DNA of 64,000 nucleotides from Thecamonas trahens ATCC 50062. Lineage: Eukaryota; Protista; Apusomonadida. The stretch is taken from the NCBI RefSeq assembly GCF_000142905.1, contig NW_013657675.1:310001-374000 (forward strand), given 5' to 3'. The notes beneath the pieces were generated by a model that saw nothing but the letters and a program-made list of their open reading frames with translations, did no database searches and was not told the DNA's origin. A program made the translations under genes and the position numbers. Positions 52,319-63,521 of the stretch are shown piece after piece. The stretch's first letter is position 1, and every line of letters starts with the position of its first letter.

Positions 52319-53572
52319 ATGGCCAACCCTGTTTCCATCGGTGTCGTTGGTGTCGGCTACTGGGGCAAGAACTATGTTCGCCTCACCGGACAGCATGCCA
52401 AGACCAACCTGGTCGGCATGTGCGACATGCATCCGCCGACCCTGGCCAAGGCTGTTGAGCGCTTCCCGGACGTCCCCGCGTTCTCGTCGGTCGATGAGCT
52501 CCTCGCCGTCCCCGAGCTCGAGGCTGTCGTCATTGTCGTCCCGGCCCGTACGTTGTCTATTTACACGAGTGTCCCGTTGAGATCAGCACCAACGCGAAGC
52601 TTGGGCTTTGGGCGCCTTACTCGTGTGTAGCGATGCGGGGAGCCGTCCAGGGCAGTGTTTGCGGGAGATGGAGCGGCGAGACACTCGTTTTTTCGACAGC
52701 GACTCACCCATACTGGCTAACCATTGACTGGCTTGTTGGGTGACACAGGCTTCCACCATGCCGTCGGCATGCAGGTTCTCAACGCTGGCAAGCACGTCCT
52801 CATGGAGAAGCCGCTCGCGGTCTCCGAGGAGGAGTGCAACGACATGATCGCCGCCGCCGAGGCCAACAATGTCCGCCTCCTTGTGGGGCACACCTTCCTC
52901 TTCAACTCGTCGGTGACCAAGATGAAGGAGCTCATTGCTCGCGACGACTGCGGCGCGCTGCAGTACGTCTACGCCAAGCGGACGAACCTCGGCCCGATCC
53001 GCCACGATGTCTCGGCGCTGTGGGACCTTGCTACCCACGACGTCTCCATGTTCCTCGACATCCTCGGCCGCCAGGGCCTCGAGCCCGAGTGGGTCTCCTG
53101 CACCGGCTCGTCTATCCTGCCGGGCTCAGACCTCGCCGACGTGGTCTTCCTCACCATCGGCTTCAAGGGCTCCGCGCTTGTTGCTCACGTCCATGCCTCG
53201 TGGATGGACCCGAACAAGGAGCGCGAGGTTGTTGTCGTCGGCTCCAAGTCGCGCATCGTCTTCCGCGACACCGCCACCCTCCACCCGATCTCTGTCTACT
53301 TTAAGGGCGCGCACGAGCTCCAGGAAGACGGCAAGAACGCCACCGACATGTCATCGGTCGAGGATTTCCTCGCCCTTGCCCCTGGTGATGTCTACATGCC
53401 CGAGTTTGAAAAGTCCGAGCCTCTCGGCAGCCAGATGACCGAGTTCTGCACCGCCATTCGCGACGTCCACTACGACATGCGCTCTGATGGCTCCTTTGGC
53501 CTTAAGGTCGTCCACATCCTCAACTCGGCCGACAAGTCGATGAAGCAGGATGGCGTCCGCATTGACCTCTAG
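52319..53572 (+). CDS. Gfo/Idh/MocA-family NAD(P)-dependent oxidoreductase; intron 52548-52748
   Basis: IGVVGVGYWGKNYVR, VPAR|FH, GKHVLMEKPL, VGHTFLFN, RTNLGPIRHDVSALWDLATHD. Confidence 0.92.
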
Positions 53573-53873
53573 CTTGTTCATCGAAAACATCTTTGCCCCC
53601 CCCCCCGACCCCCCCCCCACCCTCTCTACTTGACCATAATACTGCCTCTTCCACCATCATCCTTTCTTCCCAGTGCCTCGCTCTCATGCTCTCCCTCTGA
53701 AAAAAAGGTTAGCCAACCACCCTGTGTCCCATTTGGCCATCGCACGCCATTGGCGCGCATCGACCGCTCAACCGCCGGTTGCCAGCCACGCCCTCCCTCC
53801 CCCCTACACACACACACGCACCACCACCACCACTCACCACCCCACTATCTCACTCTCTACAAACAACGTTCTC

Positions 53874-56057
53874 ATGGCCCAGACGGTCAGTGAGGCCGTG
53901 GCGGCAGTGCTTCCAGCGTCGCCTTACGTCGGCCCGTCTCCGTTTGACGACCTGGGGACAGGCCTCACTCCGCCATCGGCGGGGCCTGCTGCGTCGCTGT
54001 GGGATGACTCGATGGAGGTTCTTGCTCCGCCTGCTGTCGAAGGTGAAGAGACTCGCAATGGCTCTGCTGCCGGCTGGTCCGATGCGGATGGCGATGATGA
54101 TGACAGTGATGGGACGCGTGGCGCACCACCCGCGCCTCGCCCGCGCCACTCCAAGGGCCTGCATGACCACGTCCGCGCCGAGCTCGATACCATGCGCACC
54201 GCGCTCGAGGCCTCGCTCCGCGCTGCGCTGGAAAATGAGTACGCTGGGAAGCTGGCGCTTGCTGAGACGCGCGCCCACAACGCCGAGCTGGAGTACGCCC
54301 GCCAGCTTGCCGAGGCCGAAGAGGCCTTTGAGAGCCAGGTCGCCCGCGAGCTCGATCGCGTTCGCGCCGATGCAGCAGCCGAGCTCGCCGACGCTCGCGC
54401 CCATCTCGAGAGTGACATGCACAAGCAGGTTCAGGCCCAAGTGATGGCTTTGCAGGAGCAGGCCAACGCCAAGTGCGCAGCGGTTGCGTCCGAAGCCCAC
54501 GCCCAAGCCCAGGCTGCATACACGGCCCAGCTCGATGCCGTCCGCAACGAGGTTCGCCAGGAGCTCCGCTCCGATGTCGAGCGCAAGATGCGTGCCGCCC
54601 TCCTTGCTAAGATGAAGACGGCCATTGCCGCCGAGCTACGTGAGGAGCTCGCGCCGACCATCCGTCGAGAGCTCCGCGCCGAGCTGGCTGTCGAGCTCGA
54701 GCGCGAAATCCGTGCCGAGTTTGCCGAGCGTGAGCAAGCTGTCTTGGCCGAACGGCACCGTTCCGCGCTTGAGGCCGAGTTCCGCGATCGCCTCGACGCT
54801 GCTGTTGCCAAGGAAGTTTCCGACGCCAAGTCTCACCTCGAGGCTCAGGCCGAGCTGAAAGTCAAGCTCCAGGTCGAGGAGCAGCTGCAGGTGGAAAAAT
54901 CCAAGCTTGTCTCTCACTTTAAGGCTCATCAAGTCCGAGAGGCTCGCGAGTCGGTCGCCAAAGAGCGTGCCACCATCAAGACTGCTCACGCCGAGCTTGC
55001 GCGCCTCAAGTCGAGTTTCAACGCCTACCGCCGCAAAAAGACTCGCGAGCTCGAATCGCGTGAGTCCAAGGTCCGTGAGCTTGAGCGAACCATTGCCAAC
55101 CAGCGCGCTACTCTTGAGCAGCGCATTCGAGACGCCCGCACAGAGTGGGCGTGGAAGGAGAAGCATCTCCGCGAGCGGACCAAGGCGCTTGATGCCCGCG
55201 AAATCCGCAGTCTCTCAAACTCCTCCCCGAACCAGCGGCTGCAAGCACGCCAGGGCTTGTCGTCGCCGGCTCCTCGATCACCCTCGCCATCGCCCCGCCG
55301 CCGCTCACCCTCACCGCCCCCTCATTCGCCCTCGCCACGCATCGCTGCGTCTGTCGTCGAGTCGGCTGTCCAATCGGTCGCCAGCGCAACCGACGCCTCG
55401 ACCTCGATCCTCGACGAGTCGTTTGACCCAAAGGCTGTGGCCTCCATGCTCATTCTCCGCGCCCGGGCTCAGTACCGCCCCGGTCCCGAGAGCAGCCCGC
55501 CCCGCTCGCCTGTCTTCACCTCGACCTTTGGCGGACGGAGCGAGCGCCTCGCCTCGCCTGCTCGGTCGACGACGGCGCTCGGTCCCATCTCACGCTCGCG
55601 CGTGCCGCCAGCCGCATCCGCAGCGAGCTCCAAGGCATTGGCACGATGGCAGGAGGAGAAGCAAGCCGAGCAGCTGTTTGCCAACCTGCCGCCGCTGTCG
55701 ATCTCCGGCGTGAACGACGACGTCATCCGCGAGCTGTACGCGCTGTGGGACCAGACGTATGCTTCGTACCTACGCCGAGTCGCCATGGTCTCGTCGGGCG
55801 CCGCCCTTGGTCCGGCCGGCATCACCAATGAGGTGGGCCGGCTGCAAGAGCTCTATCCTGCCGTGGCGTCTGTTCTTGCCCTCGCCCGGCACTGGGAGCG
55901 GGCGGTTGTTGCCGGCCATGTCGGCACGGCCGCCGGACTGCGGTCGGACCTGGAAAGCGCCGTCGATGCGTGGGAAGCTCAGCACGACGGCAATGTGCTC
56001 CTTGTCCGCGGCTTTGATGTCCGCGACTGGATGGCGCTGGTGGATGGCGGAGACTAG
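53874..56057 (+). CDS. Coiled-coil hypothetical protein
   Basis: Long ORF with an extended A/E/R/Q heptad region and Ser/Pro-rich linker; family not recognised. Confidence 0.7.
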   Translation: MAQTVSEAVAAVLPASPYVGPSPFDDLGTGLTPPSAGPAASLWDDSMEVLAPPAVEGEETRNGSAAGWSDADGDDDDSDGTRGAPPAPRPRHSKGLHDHVRAELDTMRTALEASLRAALENEYAGKLALAETRAHNAELEYARQLAEAEEAFESQVARELDRVRADAAAELADARAHLESDMHKQVQAQVMALQEQANAKCAAVASEAHAQAQAAYTAQLDAVRNEVRQELRSDVERKMRAALLAKMKTAIAAELREELAPTIRRELRAELAVELEREIRAEFAEREQAVLAERHRSALEAEFRDRLDAAVAKEVSDAKSHLEAQAELKVKLQVEEQLQVEKSKLVSHFKAHQVREARESVAKERATIKTAHAELARLKSSFNAYRRKKTRELESRESKVRELERTIANQRATLEQRIRDARTEWAWKEKHLRERTKALDAREIRSLSNSSPNQRLQARQGLSSPAPRSPSPSPRRRSPSPPPHSPSPRIAASVVESAVQSVASATDASTSILDESFDPKAVASMLILRARAQYRPGPESSPPRSPVFTSTFGGRSERLASPARSTTALGPISRSRVPPAASAASSKALARWQEEKQAEQLFANLPPLSISGVNDDVIRELYALWDQTYASYLRRVAMVSSGAALGPAGITNEVGRLQELYPAVASVLALARHWERAVVAGHVGTAAGLRSDLESAVDAWEAQHDGNVLLVRGFDVRDWMALVDGGD

Positions 56058-56108
56058 CAGAGTTCAGGTTACGGGTGTTTGTTGATATGGGTTGTCAGCT
56101 ACAGCGAG

Positions 56109-58112
56109 TTACATGGCCTGCATAAACTGTGAGGTGGCGATGGTCTTGGCAAGGTCATCGATGGTGCCCTCCCACATGGTGTGGACGTTGTCAAAGGTAG
56201 TCTGGATGGCCTGCTTGTGCTCAACAAGGAGCGAGAAGGTGTCGATGACGCAAGTGGAGAGCGCCTCCTTCTCCTCGGCGCAGCGGCGCTCGGTCTCAGC
56301 GTAGGCAGCGCGGAGGTCCTCCACCTGCTGCGAGGTCGAAGTGACACCGGCCGACTTGTCGGCCTTGAGCCGCAGCGTAGCCTCCTCCAGCTTGGCCGTG
56401 TCCGAGGTGAGCTGCGCAAGGCTCCGCGCGGCAGCCTCCTTCTCCATCGTGCACTGCAGCTCTATCTTGTTGATCTTGGACTCGAGGGCCGAGACCGCCG
56501 ACTTCTTCTCGGCAAGCTGCTCCTCCTGGACCTCCTTGCGCTCCTTGGCCTGAAGCGAGGCGCCATGCAGCTCATCGGAGAGGCTGCCAAAGGCGGAGCG
56601 GAGGGCGGTAATGTGAGCCTCGACGGCGGTCGGCGTGGCCGAAACCAGATCGTCTGTTGTCGAGCCGTTGGCGTTGAACGCCAGGTCGAGCGACGAGCGC
56701 AGCTCGGCCGGGAACGACGCGTTCGCGGCAAGCGACGACGAGGCAACGGCACCGATGCGCGAGTTGATGGTCGCGACCAGGCCGGCCAGCTTCTCGCTGG
56801 CCTTGGAGAGCTTGACCTCGGCGTCCCACGCCTCGTTGTCGGCGGCCTCGCGGAGCGCACCCAGGTTGTCGACCGACGCTTCAAGGGCGGCCTTCTCCTT
56901 GTTCATGCGCTCGACGTCGCCAGACGAAACCGGCTGCCCGGCAATGGCCAGCTCGATGGCGGACTTCTGCTCGCGAAGCCGCGCCAGCTCGCTCGTCGTC
57001 GACGCCTCCTTGGCCGCCGACTCCTCAACCGCTGCAGAGAGCATGCCGATGTGCTCCGTGAGCTTGGAGAGCATGTTGCCAAACTTGCTCAAATCGGCGG
57101 TGTACTCGGCCTTGGCCTTGCGCAGCGAGGCGAGCTCCGAGTCCGACGATGTCAGCTCGGTGATGCGGGAAGTCATGCCGGCGACAGCATCGCGCGACGA
57201 CGCAATCTGGTCGGTCACCGACTTGTTGCGGAGCTCAAACGACTCGGCAAGCTCGTACTCAAAGACCTCAAACTCGTCGGCGCCAGCAAGGAAGGCCTGG
57301 TAGCACCGGCAGATGTGGTTGAAGAAGATCTCGTCGCCAGACTCGTTACCCGAGTCGCGCGCCTCCTCCTCAAGCATCAGGATCTCCTCCTCATACGTCA
57401 GCAGCTTGACCATCCATCCGAGGCCTGCCAGGACCGTCGGCCATGTGTGCGACGAGCCGACCGAGGCCAGGGCAGACTTGTTGATGCGGAACGGGTAGGC
57501 CATGAACATAAAGAGCTCGGCAACCTCAGCGTCGAACCGCTGGCCAAACTTAAAGTACGGGTCAAAGCCGTGGTACAGAAACTGGAACATGTGCTGAAAG
57601 TCGCGTGCAGTCGGCTGCGCCAGCATCGTCGGCGTCACCGCACCCGAGTACTGCTGGTGGGTGAGGTACGAGATAAGCGTGTGAATGGTGTGGTTCTGGA
57701 ACTTCTTCGACCGCACAGGGCGCGGGTCGTTCTTGAGCATCAGCGACCGCCGCGATGCCATGTTGGGGAGCAGTGACAGTGACTGCCGCTTCTTGGCCGA
57801 CGACGGCGGCGCCATCATCATCGCCGACGACCGCCGCCGTGACCGCAGCGCAGAGCCCATGGCCGAGCCGGTCGACTGCCGCGACCGTGCCGGTGTGTGC
57901 ATCCCGCGCCCGTAGTCGTCCTCCTCCTCGCCATACGCCTCGCGCTGTGCATACGACGGGGCAAGGCTCCGCCGGCCCTTGCGCAGCCCGCTCTGCATGC
58001 CCTGCTTGGGCGCCATTGAGTTGCGCTTCGACGCCGACCGGCCGAGCGACGTCCGCGCGTTGAGGCTGTTCGACGACAGCGTGCCCAGCGTCATCCGGCG
58101 GTTACGAGACAT
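56109..58112 (-). CDS. NDC80: Kinetochore protein Ndc80/HEC1
   Basis: Basic N-terminal tail; NDPRPVRSKKFQ, PTARDFQHMFQFLY, YPFRINKSALASVGSSHTWPTVLAGLGWMV (CH domain); long coiled coil. Confidence 0.93.
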   Translation of the reverse strand: MSRNRRMTLGTLSSNSLNARTSLGRSASKRNSMAPKQGMQSGLRKGRRSLAPSYAQREAYGEEEDDYGRGMHTPARSRQSTGSAMGSALRSRRRSSAMMMAPPSSAKKRQSLSLLPNMASRRSLMLKNDPRPVRSKKFQNHTIHTLISYLTHQQYSGAVTPTMLAQPTARDFQHMFQFLYHGFDPYFKFGQRFDAEVAELFMFMAYPFRINKSALASVGSSHTWPTVLAGLGWMVKLLTYEEEILMLEEEARDSGNESGDEIFFNHICRCYQAFLAGADEFEVFEYELAESFELRNKSVTDQIASSRDAVAGMTSRITELTSSDSELASLRKAKAEYTADLSKFGNMLSKLTEHIGMLSAAVEESAAKEASTTSELARLREQKSAIELAIAGQPVSSGDVERMNKEKAALEASVDNLGALREAADNEAWDAEVKLSKASEKLAGLVATINSRIGAVASSSLAANASFPAELRSSLDLAFNANGSTTDDLVSATPTAVEAHITALRSAFGSLSDELHGASLQAKERKEVQEEQLAEKKSAVSALESKINKIELQCTMEKEAAARSLAQLTSDTAKLEEATLRLKADKSAGVTSTSQQVEDLRAAYAETERRCAEEKEALSTCVIDTFSLLVEHKQAIQTTFDNVHTMWEGTIDDLAKTIATSQFMQAM

Positions 58113-58235
58113 GATGCGAGTTTTCCGCTGATATATCTGTTTCGTCCACAGCAGAGCAAAGGCCCCCGTCCCACTGGTGAGTCACTAGCTATGCCCTTGC
58201 CCTCGGGAGTCTGGCGGCCCCGACTGGCGACCTGC

Positions 58236-58287
58236 GCGCGCAAACGGACAGTTCAAAATTTGAATGGGCTTTTTCCAACTTTGGCGC
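58236..58287. promoter_or_regulatory. Candidate bidirectional cell-cycle promoter core (CHR x2, E2F-like x2, MYB/MSA-like)
   Basis: GCGCGCAAA 58236-58244, AACGG 58243-58247, TTCAAA 58252-58257, TTTGAA 58259-58264, TTTGGCGC 58280-58287, between divergent NDC80 and BUB1. Confidence 0.6.
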
Positions 58288-58599
58288 CGCCGCTTGCCCC
58301 ACCCGGCCACAACGCCATGACCGCACACCCTGGCTCCCTTGTCCAGATCATCTCCTCTTACACAGCTTAGCCATGTACAGCACGTAACGTACCCAACTGA
58401 TATGTGTAGTGGTGGAGGTGCGTCCCCTTGCGGAGTTTCGAGAGAGAGAGGAGTGCCGGCCAAGAGGAAGGTCGATCAGGTCTGCGAGCGGCGAGACGGT
58501 GACGAGCGGCGGCGGGTAGAGTACGAGCGACGAATGGTGGCCGGCATCGCTCTCAATCTCGCCCGTTCAAACTTTTGTAGCGAGACACAAGTCGGCGCC

Positions 58600-61500
58600 A
58601 TGAGCATGTTGCAGGCACAGCCGGCAGAGGCAGAGCAGACGCAGGCAGCAGAAGCAAACCGTGTCGGCTCGGAGAAGGAGATGGTCAAGGCTGGGGCACC
58701 TGTGGAGATGGCTCAGTTTGAGGGCTCCAAAGAGAACGTCCAGCCGCGGAAGCGCGGCCGCAGGCCCGGCGCTCTGGCCGCCGCCTTTGGCGCCGACGGT
58801 TCGACAAAGTACAAGACGACCGGGTCCGAGGCTGCGGCAGAACTTGCAGCCCAGCGAGCCGAGTACGAGGACAAGCTGGCCAACTACGACGGGTACGATG
58901 TGCTCGGGGATATTTGGCTCCCGTACATTGACTGGGTCGAGCAGAACTATGTTGTCGGCGGCGCCGACGCCGCTGTGCTTCCGCTTCTCGAGCGGGCGTC
59001 TCGGGCGCTGGTCCACGAGACCATGTACGCCAACGATGTGCGGTACGTCCAGATCTGGGTCGACTACGCCGCGATGGTAGACGAGCCATCAGATATTCTC
59101 GCCTTTATGGCCTCGAACGGAATTGGCGAGCGGGTCGCGCTGTTCTACGAGGCGTGGGCCGGCGTCCTCGAAGACACCGGCGCGTACCGCCGTGCTGTGC
59201 GGGTCTTTGAGGACGGCATCCGCATGGGTGCCCAGCCAAAGCAGACGCTCAAGCTTCGCGCTTCTGCCTTGCACACACGCCTCGAGCAAAAGATGCAGGA
59301 TGCGGGCCTGTCCTCGCTAGAGGAGTTCTTTGCTCACGCCGCGCGCTCGTCGTCGCGCTCCAAGCGCCCGACCCGGACATCGTCAACCGAGCGGTCAATC
59401 CTCGGCCGGCTCTCCAAGCGCAAGGCCAACCACGGCTCGCGGCTGGCTCTCCGTGGACCCGGAAAGCTCAAGTCCAAGACTCGTGACAACGTGCAGGGCG
59501 CGTCTTTCACCATCTTTGACGACTCGCAGCTTGGCGGCGCCGCGCCGAGCTCGGCTGCTCCGTCGTTCACCAACCTGCCAACTCAGCAGGCCAAGACCAA
59601 GGAGAACACTGCACGTCCGGCAGCATGGACGGGTTCAGCACTGGCCTCGGCCGGCCACAAGCCCGGTGACCTGCCTGGCCTTCCACTCATCGCCAAGCCG
59701 GTTGCAACCTCTGGCTTTGCTATCTTTGTGGAAGAGGATCTGCCGCAGCCCAAGCCGGTTGCCACCGACGACGCCGATGACGGCCCAGGCGTCCGCCAGG
59801 CGCTCGACGGTCCACTGGCGCTGTCCGAGGCCGAGGCCACTGAAGTGGCCAACCTCCGCGCCAATCCGCTGAAGAATTTTGCCAAGCCTAGTGGCTCTTC
59901 CACTGCTGCTGCTCTCGCCCCAAAGACCAAGCCTGTACTCAGACCGCTTGGCGCCTCGACGACCTCGGCGCCTGCGCCACAGCCTGCGCCGCATGCCCCC
60001 GTTGGCAACTCGGAAGGCGGCGGTTACGCAGCCGCGCTCCTCGAGCTGGATGGCCGTGAGTCATGCTTTGAGGAGCACCGCGCGCTAGCATGGCGCATGA
60101 AGTTTGCCGCGCGTAAGCGTCAGCAGGCTGAAGCTCAAGCTCGTGCTCAAGCTCAGGCCCAGGCCCAGGCCAAGGCCAAGGCCGAGGCCCAGGCTAAGGC
60201 CAAGGCCCAGGCTAAGGCCAAGGCCCAGGCTCAGGCTCAGGCCGAGGCCCAGGCTAAGGCTCAGGCCGAGGCCGAGGCCGAGGCCAAGGCCCAGGCACAG
60301 GCTGAAGCCGAGGCCAAGCGTCAGCACCTTGACATCAGCGCCAACCGACTCCCGCAGCCGCAGTTCCCATCAACGCCGTCGTCCGACACCAAACGCGCAA
60401 CGTTTTTTGACGCCGCGCCGGCCATGACGCCCGACTCGACAGCGCCCGACACTCCGTCGGGTACCTTTGAGTCGATGCGGACGGCAGGACACATGCCGTC
60501 ACCCACAGTCAACACCAAGGAGGCGATGCAGGATGTGATGGCCATGTTCAACGCTGCCTCGCCCACCGCAGACCTCTCGGCTGCCGTCCTGGCAGCCAAC
60601 ACCCGCAAGAACGCCAGCCTTGGTGGTGCATCCGGCTTTGCCATCTTTGACGAGAGCGCTCAAGCTCCGATTCCGGCTGCGGCCCCGGCGCCAAAGCCCA
60701 CCCCGGCCCCAGCCCCGGCCAGCTTCGCCATCTTTGACGAGAGCGCCCAGGCCCCGGCTCCCGCACCAGCACCCGCTCCTGCTCCTAGTAAGGCCGGCTT
60801 CGCCATCTTTGACGAGAACGCACCGCAGTCGCCAGCTCCCGCCCCGGCCCCTGCTCTCGCCAAGGCTGGTTTTGCCATCTTTGACGAGAACGCAGCGGCG
60901 CCGGCTACGCCCACGCCCGCGCCCACGCCAGCACAGAATCTGTTCGACAACGCCGTGGCGCCCAACATTGGCACCACCCCGTCGCCGACCGTCAACACCA
61001 AGGAGGCCATGTCGGACGTCATGGCAATGTTCAACGACGCTTCACCTACCGCCACCTTTGACATGGCCTCGCTGGTGGCAAACACCCAGCGTAACGCTAT
61101 GATCGGCCGCGCAGACATGGCGCCGCCGAGCTTTGTCATCTACGACGAGAACGCGGCAGGCGCAAATGAGACCCACGCCGTGCTCGATGATGGCGGCTCG
61201 CCGGGCCATTTTCGCGGCCTTCCGCCCATTACTCCCATCGCCAAGTCGGTGAACGAGACGCGATTCGGCAACTCGATGATGGGGCTGGACCCGGTCTCGT
61301 GTGCTCGTGAGGCCCACGCCCGTGCCTCGCTGGACCCGACCCAGGTCCATATCTACGCTGCCGACGACGGCATCCACGCGCCGCAGCTTGACGATGTTGT
61401 CGACAATGAGGGCGACCTGATCTCCTCGGCCGTCGGTGACGGCCTGCTTGTTCTTGGCGACTCGCCCGACCTGCATCTGGAGCGCGTCCTCGGGCGCGGC

Positions 61501-62352
61501 GTCTCGGGCTCGTGGATCTTTGCTGTCGAAGACCGAGCCTCGTGGGACGAGGACGCCAGCCCTCTGGCCCTCAAATACTCGGCGGTCGACTCGCTGGCTT
61601 GGGAGATGTACATCCTCGCCAAGCTGGCATCGCGCTCGGCTCGCGTGGCGCGCGGCTCGCCGCTTGTTGCTGATCTAGTCACCGGCCACCTCTACGCATC
61701 AGGCGCCTCGATCCTTGTTCAGAGCCGAGCGTCGTCACTCTCGCTCCGTGATCTTCTCGACGTCTACGTCGAGGCTGGCGCATCTATGTCCGAGCCGCTG
61801 GCTGTCATGTACGCGGTTCAGATGCTTGACGTGCTCGGCATGCTCGCCGAGGCCCGCGTCTCCCACACCCACATCGCCACCGACAAGTTCCTCCTCCGCA
61901 TGCCCGCAGTCCAGCCGGTGGCCCCCTGGGAGCCGTGCTCGACCGATGCTGCGTGGTCGACAACCGGAGTCAAACTCATCGACTTTGGCGACGGCGTCGA
62001 TCTTGACCATCCAGAGCTCGGCGAGCTCGGTGCCACCCGCTCGCCGCTCCACGCCGATGTTGTTGGCATTGCCGCGAGCATCTACGCCCTGCTCGTGCCC
62101 GCCGCCACCTTTGAGCTCGACACCTGCTCGACATCGAGCAAGAAGCAGCTGGCCTGCGCCATGCCGGTCAACGCCATGTGGACAACACTCCTCGAAACCC
62201 TTGTCAACGTTGCTCCAGAGCCCGACGCCGTCGCCACAGTCGCCGACTCACTCCGCTGTGGTCTCATCGACGCCGTCAGCGCCAACCCCGACGTTGCCTC
62301 GTGCATGGCTGAGAACCTTGCTGCCCAGGATGCGCTCCTCTTCCGCCGCTGA
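58600..62352 (+). CDS. BUB1: MadBub (Bub1/BubR1-Mad3) spindle checkpoint protein with degenerate kinase domain
   Basis: [15 protein letters not shown] (KEN1), TPR ([24 protein letters not shown]), FTIFDD-KEN-FAIFVE cassette, [16 protein letters not shown]1 [11 protein letters not shown]-terminal kinase fold with IDFG. Confidence 0.92.
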   Translation: MSMLQAQPAEAEQTQAAEANRVGSEKEMVKAGAPVEMAQFEGSKENVQPRKRGRRPGALAAAFGADGSTKYKTTGSEAAAELAAQRAEYEDKLANYDGYDVLGDIWLPYIDWVEQNYVVGGADAAVLPLLERASRALVHETMYANDVRYVQIWVDYAAMVDEPSDILAFMASNGIGERVALFYEAWAGVLEDTGAYRRAVRVFEDGIRMGAQPKQTLKLRASALHTRLEQKMQDAGLSSLEEFFAHAARSSSRSKRPTRTSSTERSILGRLSKRKANHGSRLALRGPGKLKSKTRDNVQGASFTIFDDSQLGGAAPSSAAPSFTNLPTQQAKTKENTARPAAWTGSALASAGHKPGDLPGLPLIAKPVATSGFAIFVEEDLPQPKPVATDDADDGPGVRQALDGPLALSEAEATEVANLRANPLKNFAKPSGSSTAAALAPKTKPVLRPLGASTTSAPAPQPAPHAPVGNSEGGGYAAALLELDGRESCFEEHRALAWRMKFAARKRQQAEAQARAQAQAQAQAKAKAEAQAKAKAQAKAKAQAQAQAEAQAKAQAEAEAEAKAQAQAEAEAKRQHLDISANRLPQPQFPSTPSSDTKRATFFDAAPAMTPDSTAPDTPSGTFESMRTAGHMPSPTVNTKEAMQDVMAMFNAASPTADLSAAVLAANTRKNASLGGASGFAIFDESAQAPIPAAAPAPKPTPAPAPASFAIFDESAQAPAPAPAPAPAPSKAGFAIFDENAPQSPAPAPAPALAKAGFAIFDENAAAPATPTPAPTPAQNLFDNAVAPNIGTTPSPTVNTKEAMSDVMAMFNDASPTATFDMASLVANTQRNAMIGRADMAPPSFVIYDENAAGANETHAVLDDGGSPGHFRGLPPITPIAKSVNETRFGNSMMGLDPVSCAREAHARASLDPTQVHIYAADDGIHAPQLDDVVDNEGDLISSAVGDGLLVLGDSPDLHLERVLGRGVSGSWIFAVEDRASWDEDASPLALKYSAVDSLAWEMYILAKLASRSARVARGSPLVADLVTGHLYASGASILVQSRASSLSLRDLLDVYVEAGASMSEPLAVMYAVQMLDVLGMLAEARVSHTHIATDKFLLRMPAVQPVAPWEPCSTDAAWSTTGVKLIDFGDGVDLDHPELGELGATRSPLHADVVGIAASIYALLVPAATFELDTCSTSSKKQLACAMPVNAMWTTLLETLVNVAPEPDAVATVADSLRCGLIDAVSANPDVASCMAENLAAQDALLFRR
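60121..60320 (+). repeat. Coding low-complexity repeat (AQ/AK/AE)n within MadBub
   Basis: Degenerate 6-bp GCCCAG/GCCAAG/GCCGAG units. Confidence 0.85.
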
Positions 62353-62576
62353 GTCGAGGCTGGCCTCCAATCTGTAAACTGTTGCAAAACGTGTCCCACA
62401 AGCCCGTCGCCTGTCGCCCCGCCCAATTCGAATCGCCACTACAGTCCGCCTGCCTGCCGACCAGCCCGCAGCTCCTTCCCCGACACACCGCCACCCTCTC
62501 ACACCCACACACACCACACTACATCACCGCACACCACACACAACAGGCTCTTCCCTAGCTCCTCCTCTCTTCAACC

Positions 62577-63106
62577 ATGGCCGACATGACTTCTCGGTAC
62601 GCTTCCCTCCCCACCACCAGCACACCTCCCTCTCTCCCTCCCTCCCCCCCCCTTTGGCGCGCACTCACTACACCATCCTCTCTTGGCCCTCCGGTGACAG
62701 GATTGAGCCGACAAGGTTCTTGACCATGATCATGCACCTCATGATGGTGCTGATGATTCTGTTTTCCAAGGATGAGAACGTAAGAGCTGCTCTCCCTATC
62801 CGCTATGCCAACCAACAGTTCGATGAGGCGGCGGCCAAGTTTGACTCTGTCCTTGCCCTCGCCATCCTCTGCTTCGCCATCGAGCTCGTTGGCATCCTTG
62901 GCGGCTTCTCCACCTTTAACAACGGCTTGGCTGTCCTCCAGATCGCAGCCCACTTTTCCGCCACCATCGCTCTCTCCTACTTTGTCATCGAGCGCTGGCA
63001 TCACATGCACTTTTGGTCCATCTGGTTCTTTACCTCGGCCATTCCCGCCGCTTTCGAGCTCTGGGGCATTGTCAAGGTCGTCGTCTTTCGAGTCCGCAAG
63101 TGGTAA
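62577..63106 (+). CDS. TMEM107: Transmembrane protein 107 (ciliary transition zone); intron 62597-62700
   Basis: MADMTSR|IEPTRFLTMIMHL...SKDENVRAALP...FAIELVGILGGFSTFN...IAAHFSATIALSYFVIERW...SAIPAAFE. Confidence 0.9.
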
Positions 63107-63446
63107 TCCTCTCGTGCGCTACCTTGTCTTATCCTGTATCCTTCCCTTCTCCATCGCTGCACACGCTCCAGCTTCGGCTCCGGTCGTCCCGGCGCCGCGC
63201 GCTGTTAGCGGCATGCAGCAGATCATCAGAGCAAGCATGGGCGGGAGCGCCCGGCTGCAGAGACTAGCCAGCGGGCGTACCAAGTCCGCCCTCTTCTATC
63301 GCGCCTTTAATGCCCGAGTGCCCGCGATGAATTCAGTGCGCGAACCCCGCGGCCCAGACCTGGCCACAGCGTGACCATCCCCGAGACAAAGAGCCGGAGC
63401 GGCGAACGCCTGCAGCTCCCGCCAAACACACCTCTTTGCCACCCCC

Positions 63447-63500
63447 ACACATACACACACACACACACATATATATATATACACATACACATACACACAC
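63447..63500. repeat. (CA)n/(TA)n microsatellite upstream of the tubulin gene
   Basis: acacatacacacacacacacacatatatatatatacacatacacatacacacac. Confidence 0.85.
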
Positions 63501-63521
63501 CAGCATTCGGCTCTTACTCAC

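Noticed and set aside
141-57776. Many long antisense or alternative-frame ORFs (e.g. 141..911, 7141..7947, 11833..13071, 42135..43310, 44410..45342, 56181..57776)
   Set aside because: Shadow ORFs caused by high GC3 on the opposite strand of recognisable genes; no motifs; some run through the N gap
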